A stretch of DNA of 20,000 nt, taken from the NCBI GenBank assembly GCA_000934665.2, contig JYFJ02000400.1, forward strand, positions 118,008-138,007, read 5' to 3'. The notes under the pieces were generated by a model. That model saw only the letters and a list, made by a program, of their open reading frames with translations, made no database searches and was not told the origin of the DNA. How positions within the stretch are numbered: position 1 is the first letter of the stretch; each line of letters starts with the position of its first letter. This stretch comes from Catajapyx aquilonaris (taxonomy: Eukaryota). The translations under genes were made by a program, and so were the position numbers. This document shows, in pieces, positions 11,055 to 20,000 of the stretch.

Positions 11055-11228
11055 CTTTTCAATGCATGGACTTCATCCTCCGACATTATTTTCCAGATAG
11101 TTAGACGAGTGACATCATATGATTTATCTCTTCTACGCTTCATAAAAGCTATAAAAAGTTATCAGGTATATTATTCAGTTGTCTGTAAGGTTTCTTCATT
11201 TCATTTATTGTATAATTATGTTGCCTTG

Positions 11229-11577
11229 GGGAGGTATGGTGGCCGAGATGGTAACGTCTCGGCTTGCTGAGTGAAAGGCCCCAGGTTCGATCCCCGCCTG
11301 GGGAACTTCCTTTCACCTGCGTCGGGAGGGTCTCTGACCTGCACCAAGGAGGTGTCTGGCAACCTAACCTCCTGGGGAACAGCACATGGCCCAAAGGTTT
11401 CATGACAATGCACCTGCACAAGTGTCCCCTCCCCAAAAATCCCCTTTCTTACCCAATCTCCTTGTTTCCCTGCTGCACCGGAGTGAAGCTAGAAAAATCG
11501 AGGAAAAAATGATAATGTACCACCCCCCTATATAGAACCCGCGAGGGTCATCACGGGGTAAAATACTGTATTTAAAA
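11229..11577 (+). mobile_element. Full-length tRNA-derived SINE (family B)
   Basis: Starts (G)GGGAGG, with A-box TGGCCGAGATGG (11240-11251), B-box GGTTCGATCCC (11284-11294), 3' hairpin ACCC-GCGA-GGGT and an A-rich end. 15-bp TSD aattatgtt(g/a)ccttg at 11214-11228 and 11578-11592. Confidence 0.85.
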
Positions 11578-13989
11578 AATTATGTTACCTTGACATTTGT
11601 GTTCTTTAATTGCAGTGCTCAGGTTAAAATTCCAAATTCAGTTTCCGCAGGAAAGTGTGCCAATTGCAATTTTGTATTTAATATAATTTACTACATTTGT
11701 AATTGTGTTTGTTCCAAGAGTAAACAGAGATCTGGAATATGTGTAATCTCATTCTAAAGTTTAAATGACATAGCTTGGATTTACAGATGCAATTGTTGCT
11801 CCTATTTGTAGTACGTCTCTGGCTGGCAGCTAGAGTAGGACAAGAGTAGGAGTAAAAAGTATACGGGAATTCAGGTGTGAGAAATGTTGATAAAGAATAT
11901 TTGAAAACGGTTATTAGAACATAAGCATTTCATTTTTATAAACCCACTTAAAATATTCGTGTAATGACACTACGTTGAGATGTATGCTATTTTGTGGTGT
12001 TCTAAAATGAATTTTCCAAACATACTGACACATAGTAGTGCAGTACCTGGGTGGTGTAAATGGAGCCAATATTAACAGATCAATAAAAAAAACAGTGGTT
12101 ATTGTGGCCTTCGGCCCCCAATCTTTCCGCTGTTCTAATCCAGGTCAAGCAATTTATAATTCTTTTCAGACAGGCCCCAAAAATAAGGACAAGTTAATGT
12201 CCTTCTTGGGTTGGCGCAGTGGTCAAAAGTAGGACTGTCCTTCCTAATAAAGGAGGACTTCTGGCCATCTTACCAGGCAGGCACATGAGACGAACGATGA
12301 GGAAGCTAAATTAGCCACAATTTATTCACCATGAGCCGTCAACACATCTGCTCAAGTCATCAAACATTTAAGAACTTGTTGTCCTCAATGATTTTTATTT
12401 GCATTCACAAAAATGGTTGGTCTGAACACCATCACCTGAAGTACGCATAATTAAGTCACAGCAAAATAATACAAACAGGATGTTGCCACCTGAAATTACA
12501 ACTCGAACTCTTTCCATTATTATAACACTATTCCAGGGGGTTCCCAGGGGGTGACGGACACGCCAGCGATTGCACAGGCGAGTGTTAATCCCATGTTTGT
12601 TATCTTAAGACAGGCAAAAAGGTTCATCATATTTATTTATCTTATACACAAAAATGAGGGATTGGTATAGCACAAAAAATTGATTACTCCCTCACAACTA
12701 ACATTATACTATCTAGGTTCTACACTACTAAAACAAGGGAAGGTCAGGCTAACCTGCTAGAGGCGAAGCAAGACGGTGGAGCAGGCCAGCAATCAAGAGC
12801 CCACTTCCCCTTGCACTTCCCATTGGTGACTTGACAGGAAATACGAAAGGAATAAACTTTTCTCCCACCCTGTCACCATTGTACTGAGAAGTCTCTCTTT
12901 TCATAGATCCTGTCATTAATGTCACCTTCCGAATCATCTGATCCAAAATTCTGCTGGGCACATGCTGGGGACTGGCGCAGAAGACTGAGACATACAGAGG
13001 TGCTGACACTGACAACACTGATGGAGATGTAGAAGACAGTCCTTAAAGGAAGCTGCAGAGGATGACACTGATGTGATTGCTAAGCTCACAAGTGGAGAAG
13101 GAGCAGCTGATTCAGAGCCCAGGGGTAGCTAGCTGATCATGAGGAATCAGATTATCAAGCAGATGCTGGTAACATTGATGTGATTTCAGACTCCAAAGTG
13201 GGGTAGCAGCAGCGCATACTAATTAATGCATTATAATTATTTGTACTGTAGGTTGAATAGGACTAGGGGGCTTCAGGGCCGCACGCACAGTCTGCTATAT
13301 ATTTTGACCAACCTGTGAATTATTGGGCACCTTGATTCAAGCCACACAAAAATTACATCTCCATGGGAAAAATTTGCAATAACTAAAACCACCCCAATAC
13401 TTGGAACACACTGTATATGTAATGATTGTCCAAAATCTTATGTCTTATAGTTCAGGTTGACATCACCATTGTTGTCATTACTAAGTCAATCATAATAACA
13501 ATGGAAAGAAAGGTCATCATCATCATCATCATCATCGCAACATTTCTGTAACAAAGTAGAATGCGTTCTATTATTAAATTATATCAAAATTCGGTATATA
13601 TTAATGTACTAGCAGGATACCCGGCGTTGCTCGGGTTATGAAATACTTTTCCATAGGAGTGACTCATTGATTTGGTAGTAACCTTTGCAATAATTATGGC
13701 TATACAAATACAATGTTGGCATACCAGTGACATGGAGCTTATTGCATGTGCATGAAGTCCAAACAACACACTGCGGATGTCAGATTGTAAGAGAGTACAC
13801 AATTATACACCTACAAAATCCAGCAAAAGTATGTAATGGAAAATTGAAGGTTGTGGAGTAAATGTAGAAGTAAATGTAGAATGTAGAAGCTCCAGCATGG
13901 CAGAGCTTACAATCTGACATCCATTGTGTGTTTTTTCGACTTGATTCACATGCAATATTTGGTATGGCCATCCAATTACGTTCATAATT

Positions 13990-14834
13990 GCATAGATGAA
14001 GCGTGTTGTCTCGAAGCTTCAACACAATATTCCTCTTATTACCATGCTCCTGACCACTCATGCTCACAGCAATCTCATTGCAAGAAGGTTGATTGAATCG
14101 ACCACGATGCTCGCCTTGTGGTCGCTTGTCTGTATATCTATGACCAAGTCATATTCCAGAGGAGGAGGACTCTCAAGTGCAAGTTTGAAGCTCTTGACAT
14201 GAGTGGAATGGATCATCTCCTGAAGTTGCAGTATGATGTGGAGGCATGTGCCGTTTAAGTAGGTGCAATGGTATTCCGCCTGCTGTTGCATGTTCCCCAC
14301 GAAGTAAAGTTGCAGAAACCGCGGACTCTGATTTTCTGAAGGAAGGAGTGATCCCATGCGATGGTAAATGTGGCCTTGCACTTTGAATGTGGGCATGAAG
14401 TTCCCCTCTCTAACAACGTTGGCCCCAAAAGATGTCATCTGGAAGGTCAAATTGTAATTTCTGATGGTCTTCAGGAAATGTTTTGAATCAGGTGATGTGC
14501 CTATAAGAAGAGCATTTTAAGTAGCTGTGGAGGCTCAGCCAGTAGAGGAAGGCTAACCTTTCCAATGGAGCAACAGATCGGTTTTGTTTCACCCTTCCAC
14601 TTCTTTGCCTGACAGTGTTGGCATACCTCTGACATAGATCCAATTGCAACAACACCTCCAGAAGAATAGTTCATGTCTGCTGAGTAGTGGAAAGCGGCAT
14701 GCAGGAGGTGGGTTGATGAAAATGGAGCTAATCTCCGACTGATGGCCGCTGTTTCTCATAGAGTGGAGACATGCTTGGTGTTCTTCCTCAGTCTCTTGGT
14801 CCCTCACCCTTAGCCGAACTCTGCGTGTATCCAA
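13990..14834 (-). pseudogene. Frameshifted N-terminal fragment of Helitron RepHel protein
   Basis: Across frames: ETEEEHQACL; IGSMSEVCQHCQAKKWKGETKPICCSIGKVSLPLLAEPP (Zn finger); SKHFLKTIRNYNLTFQMTSFGA...FMPTFKVQGHIYHRMGSLLP...PRFLQLYF; DKRPQGEHRGRFNQPSCNEIAV...RNIVLKLRDN. Ends before the HUH Rep motifs and the PIF1 helicase. Confidence 0.9.
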
Positions 14835-14889
14835 TGTGCTTCTGCCAATGCTGCTATGTTTTTAGGCCCATGTTAAAGTCGGTGGGGTG

Positions 14890-15111
14890 TTGAGAATGTG
14901 GAGATCCAAACGTTACAAAGTGAAAAAACAAACAAATGCAAAAAAGATTGAAAACTGCATGACACATACCTACGTAGACCACATTATACCACACCTTAAA
15001 CACGTTAAACCACATCCCATAACGACTTTTGAATATACATTGAGAATGTGGAGGTCCAAATTTTACAAAGGGGGAAAAACAAATATAAGCAAAACGATTG
15101 AAAACTACATG
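14890..15111. repeat. Diverged ~72-bp direct repeat pair (14890-14961, 15040-15111) inside the Helitron
   Basis: Both copies read TTGAGAATGTGGAG.TCCAAA..TTACAAAG...GATTGAAAACT.CATG; period 150 bp. Confidence 0.8.
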
Positions 15112-15586
15112 TCACAGAACGTAACACAGTTCGGAACAGGAGAATTCCGACAAAAACCACATGACACAGTACGTAGAGGAAAAGGTATGATATGGCAGGA
15201 AAAGTACGCCAAGAATATTCCGACCGGGCTGCCTGAAGAAACAACCCAAAACCGCCTATCCTTACATACAGCGCATTTGTATACCACCAGCTGGAACCCT
15301 GGGCCTGCCCCGAGGCCGTAGCTGGACCGTGCCACCGTGTCTAGGGGGATAAACATGGAATAAGATACCATCAGGATAGCAAGATATGGAACTCTTTGAA
15401 TATTATGAACAAAACGTCATCATCACCCAATTACACCAGTAGTCTCGTAACCAAGGCAACAGTGTGTAATAAATTAAATAGGAACAATAAAGTATGCAGC
15501 CAATGTGAGTGCAAAGACACTGACCAAAGTACAGCCACCACGTAGAAATGTAATGACACTGAGGGGCTGGAGGATGTGGTGGCAGG

Positions 15587-15622
15587 GGGAGGGAGGGAGG
15601 GAGGGAGGGAGGGAGGGAGGGG
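15587..15622 (+). repeat. (GGGA)n tract, G-quadruplex capable
   Basis: Directly visible. Confidence 0.9.
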
Positions 15623-16550
15623 AGGAGAAGAGGGAAGGATATATGGTTTCCAGGGCAACTGAACAGCATTATTAGAACACAGGGGGCCAACATCCAAAGT
15701 TCTTTGCGCCTCCTGTGGCCAAGGAAGACCTCGGAGGTTAATTCCAATGTGCTTATGAAATTTCCAGTAAAAAACCACCCCTAATGATACTCCTGGGGCA
15801 TATGTGGAGGCCTCCGCATGGATTTGCATAGCGGACAAAAGACAGACAGAGAGACAGAGAGACAGACATACGTCGAGAAATATGTATTAGATTCAGTGAG
15901 ATACGACTTTATTTCACAGCGGTAATTTTTGTTTTTATGCAACAACATGCACATTTCAAAAAATAATATCTGGAAAACGCCATTTTTAATATGAAATATT
16001 TTTGTATCTCTTATTATAAAGCGGAAGGTTTGCACATACGGTATGTTTTCATAATTTTATGTCACCCCTATTTAAGCCACTTCCCAGTTACGGAGAACGT
16101 TGAAGTTTCTCATACCCATGTCTTACCTTTCCGTGATCCCGGCAAAAGTCCAAGAAGGGCATTTTTTTGAGTCGAAGGGCGGTTTTCAGCAGGTTGAAGA
16201 CGTATTCACGTCAAACCCTGCGGCTTGTACGTATATATTTATTTATTTATTTGGTCCTATTTTGCCCGGGAACTCTTGAGAACTGGTCAGGAGGAAAATT
16301 GCTGTGAGTAGTACCATATGTCTCATACAGATGGCTCATTCTCGCTCTCTGCACATTGCACACTACTGATCACAGCGGACAAACAGACGCACTGACCTAA
16401 ACCAATTCTCTTTTTTAATTTTTTTTAAACAATTTCTAGTCCTTCATTTTGTACTCGTCAACACTCCAGGATTGTATATGAGCGCTTCCTGCACATAGTC
16501 TCACAACAACGCTGCGTCGTAGTTTTTTTTGTTCTTGTTCTTGTTGTTGT

Positions 16551-16677
16551 TATAGATGGGTCGGTGAACGAACGCAAGCGGGTGGCCAATTTTATTACAG
16601 GAATTACATTACAAACTGCATTCCGACCTGTAATAAAATTGGCCATCTGCTTGCGTTCGTTCACCGACCCATCTATA
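16551..16677. mobile_element. 127-bp hairpin MITE-like element
   Basis: 51-bp arms (16551-16601 / 16627-16677) with 2 differences and a 25-nt loop; TA on both outer edges. Confidence 0.75.
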
Positions 16678-16814
16678 GAACAATGCTCTCAGGTCGACGA
16701 ATATTTCAATACTTTGTTATAGCCTTCATAAAAAGTATGAGGTTGTGTGTCCGAAACCAGGAGAGAGACTATTCCTTAAGAGAGCAATAATTTTTTGAAG
16801 GTGAACACAATTAA

Positions 16815-18001
16815 ATGAAAATCAAAATATTGTCAAAATATTGTAGCAAGTCATTATAGCCCATCATGCAGCGATGGCGCTCTTTCTTTACAATAAGTAC
16901 ATGTAAGAATCATGTGAGTATCGAGGTAGAGCATTGGTCTAGTGGCTAAGCCGCTCTCTTCGTAACATGAGGGTTTTAGGATCGGATCCCGAAGAAAGAC
17001 GCCGTTTCTTTTTATCGCTTATGGACCCTTTCTCGCTGTTACTTTATCTCACATTTCGCATTTATTTCTCCTTGAAGTGCATCTGTAAATAGACATTCTG
17101 GCGGGGGTGGAAAGGGGGGGGGGATATGTAAGAGGATAGATGTGAAAGAGACAGGAAGGTGGCCAAGCCTACACGAAAATATTTTCCTATCTAAAACCGC
17201 GTCGACGATCTGCGCATCTCCACCCACAGCAGACGCCGGTGGGGATTTATTATTTTATTAATCCATAGAGCAATGCCACGAAACAGTGACGCCGAATGTC
17301 CATCCTGATGATCCCAAGGAGGTGACACGATGACCACCCGCTTACGTCACACTCATACTGATACCAGCTCTGCATTTGGCTATAGGGTAGAGGGGCGAGA
17401 GGGGCATACGAGAGATATACCGTATATCTATGTACTGTGCTCTGTACAGTCTCATTTCGAAATATCCGACAGATGGAGTCCAAGGTAGGACCTGGCTCCA
17501 TACCAAAAACCTAATATTAGGGCCTTTTAGGTCAAAGGTCAGCCTGCAAAAAACTATGCAAAATGCCCTAAATATTGTGCTGCTTCATTTGCATGTGCCG
17601 GTGAGTGGATTGGACCTATAGTTTAAACACTGGGACTGAATATTAGGGGGGCTCATAGGTTTGAGAATGGAACTCCCGGGTATAAGACAAATGTAGTCAC
17701 AATGGGGTGCGTAGGATGGGGGCTGCCGGGCCGGGATGGACAACAACACAACAAGCGAAGCCATTAAATAAAATTTTCTGACTTTTTCCGTCGGAAAAAA
17801 GGGAGAGGAAGGGGGGGTGGAGAGGGAGAGGGAGGGGGAGGGGGGAGAAAACCTTTTTGCGTTTATTAAGCCACTAGACCAATGCTCTACCTCGATACTC
17901 ACATGATTCTTACATGTACTTATTGTAAAGAAAGAGCGCCATCGCTGCAAGATGGGCTATAATGACTTGCTACAATATTTTGACATTATTTTGATTTTCA
18001 T
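16815..18001. repeat. 133-bp inverted repeat pair (16815-16947 / 17869-18001)
   Basis: Arms are reverse complements with 2 mismatches; spacer about 920 bp. Confidence 0.9.
16923..17012 (+). mobile_element. Degenerate tRNA-derived head (SINE or pseudo-tRNA)
   Basis: A-box TGGTCTAGTGG, decayed B-box GGATCGGATCC, then a T-run. Confidence 0.4.
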
Positions 18002-19848
18002 ATAAATAGCGTTGTTCACTTGATTTCATAACCCGAGCAACGCCGGGTATCCTGCTATCTCTTGATAATTACGTTCTAATCAAAATTCTCTCTCATGGAT
18101 ATTAATCCAAACTGGTGATCAATACCTATCAACACAGTGACTTTATTTAGAAGTTACTGCATTATACACAAAAAAAAATCCCGCAATTTGCTAGTGCTAG
18201 TTGCAATTCACTATTTTTGAAGCCATTGTATGTGCGCGAATGTCACACAGCGTAATAAATATGCGATGTAAACTGTCCGAAAAGTTAATTCAAAAAAGCA
18301 ACAAGCTGTGCAAACACAACGAAATTTTGCTGCTGAATGGGGTAGAGTAGATTGGTAAATCGATTTATTGGATGAAATAATCGTTATATTAATGCTTGTT
18401 TACTCAAATATGGACTATGTCGGTGCCTATATTGATTCATACTTTGGCTCGCTTGCATACCAAGCCCGGTATATGCAACCTACTTGTATAGTAACAGGCC
18501 AGGTCATGCTGAGGTGTGCACCCAGGCATTTGACCATAAAGATAGAGCATATTTTGGGGTGGGTGGGGGGGTTGATCCAACCCAACCCCCCCTATCCAGC
18601 CCTATGAGCAGCCAGGTACTCCCTGGTGCAGCTCCATCTTTCTCATCTTGATCTCCAAAGAAGGCGGACGTGCGTGCTTCTCGCCAGGTCTACAGACAAC
18701 TGCCGTGGACCGAAGATTGATGTCTCATCCTCCGTCAAGTGGGGTCAAGTTGGACATCGGGTTAAGCCACGCATACCTAGCACTATAGACAGCCCTGGAA
18801 TGCATGAATGGTGAGTACAGCAGCGATTAAAAATCCGTCGTTTACAGGTTTACATCACGCAGCAATTAAGGGTCGGTTGTACCAGGTCAGATAATATCGG
18901 ATTATTGCCTACTCAAATCTGTATTTGGTACGAAAAACATTGCCCTAAATGTCCTAAACTGTCAAATAATTTGTTCAGGCAAGAATCTGAGTTAACAGAC
19001 ATGGTGCAGCAAGAACAGTGGAAGCAAAAAAAAAAAAAGCAATGAGCAGTAAAACCAATAATTGCTTGCGACTAGCTCCATTAGAAATACTGGACTTGTG
19101 CAATAAAATGGGGCTCGACGAATGACACTTGACCTTGGCGCATTGCAATGTAGGTATGCCATTGAATGGCATAACTGCTGGTCTGTTAAATGGCCCAAAA
19201 TGGAATTAAAGTGGTTCATGTAAAGATGTTGAAAAAAGTGCAGTCGTTGACTATGCCGAAAGAGATGACTTCCTAGCACCCATCAGTCAAATTGCCTCAA
19301 TCCTGCCTAGTGTCCACAATGTAATGGGAATTAAAAGAAAAACCACTAGAAAATTGCGATTAAATTGCCATATTTGCTTTGACCTTATGCTACCCCTAAG
19401 GCACTAACAGTAAGTAGGCCATTTTACGCCAAAGATGATCACCGACATGTAATGGCGGCGGTTGGTAAATTTGCATTGTTACCTGGCGCTGGCGTTAGCT
19501 ACAATCATGTTGGTACAGATTTTGATAAGCTGAATTGTTGGCCATTTAGAAAATAAGTCCTATATTGCTACATTTGACAAATTTAATTCCCTTCAAAATG
19601 GCTCTTTGCAAATAGCAATATTTCATAATTATATTCAATATCACTATAATATTTTATCCTGATACTCTGTTTGGGGACATTTAAAGTTGAATCTATTGTT
19701 GGCTGATGGGCTGAGTTGAACATAGGACAGTTCTTTTGCAGACATTCGTAATAATTATGAAATTATGATATAATTATTATATCAAAAGTTGTACTAGAGT
19801 AATTGTGGTTTGACATGTTTTACAAAATGCTTTATTTTATGCATGCAG

Positions 19849-20000
19849 GTGCAGCCTTGAGGTTATGGTCTGACAGCCGACAGGTCTACATTACCATGCT
19901 GCTGCCGCCGCCTTCACAGCCCTCAGCAAGCATCACCAGCATCCTCTACAATGACTACATGATCATTGGTCTTTCATCGCAGCATCTCGATGGTCTTCGG
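19849..20000 (+). other. Possible exon of an unidentified transcript running off the window
   Basis: Acceptor-like ttttatgcatgcag| at 19848, a GC shift, and one frame open to the edge (AALRLWSDSRQVYITMLLPPPSQ...). A consensus donor G|GTGAGT lies upstream at 18811. No recognisable homology. Confidence 0.25.

Larger units (their letters stand above)
13609..15891 (-). mobile_element. Non-autonomous Helitron (internally deleted)
   Basis: Minus-strand 5' end A|TCTAATACATATTTCTCG followed by a (TGTC)-type microsatellite. 3' end hairpin CCCGAGCAACGCCGGG plus CTAG|T at 13609. Inserted at A|T with no TSD. Carries a RepHel fragment. Confidence 0.85.
16007..18058 (+). mobile_element. Probable second non-autonomous Helitron
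   Basis: The 3' end (18023-18057) is identical to the first Helitron's 3' end (hairpin plus CTA, then T instead of G). The candidate 5' end A|TCTCTTATTATAAAGCGGAAGGTTTG resembles Lep1-type Helitron starts; this boundary is less certain. Confidence 0.6.

Noticed and set aside
11229..11305. Possible functional tRNA gene
   Set aside because: No clean cloverleaf, and it continues into a SINE body flanked by a TSD.
12231..12272. hAT-like terminal motif on the minus strand (TAAGATGGCCAGAAGTCC...GGACAGTCCT)
   Set aside because: No partner terminus or 8-bp TSD found; the resemblance is from memory only.
12749..13215. Coding-like, weakly repetitive segment with a minus-strand donor-like site
   Set aside because: Stops in all frames and no family recognised.
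18511..18604. G-run/C-run hairpin resembling a MITE end
   Set aside because: The left terminus is too degenerate to support an element.

Overview
Eukaryotic, animal-like (probably invertebrate), repeat-rich genomic DNA; the taxon cannot be determined from sequence alone. Positions 1-2070 hold the last exons of an ABCA-subfamily ABC transporter (NBD2 and C-terminus). One coding exon is interrupted four codons before the H-loop His by a 478-bp TGTAAC...GTTACA insertion with a 4-bp TSD (ATAC). This is most likely a solo LTR, and it could be spliced out in frame using its own GT/AG. Positions 9540-11054 hold a single-coding-exon gene for a BC-box/Cul2-box plus leucine-rich-repeat protein (PRAME/ZYG11-like architecture) with one in-frame TAG at codon 34. 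The rest is largely mobile DNA: two full-length, TSD-flanked, diverged tRNA-derived SINEs with structurally conserved stems, an RTE-type 5' fragment, a 710-bp foldback element, a non-autonomous Helitron with a decayed RepHel fragment (13609-15891, minus strand), and a probable second Helitron head-to-head with it (16007-18058). The two Helitrons share an identical 35-bp 3' end, and the second contains nested inverted repeats.
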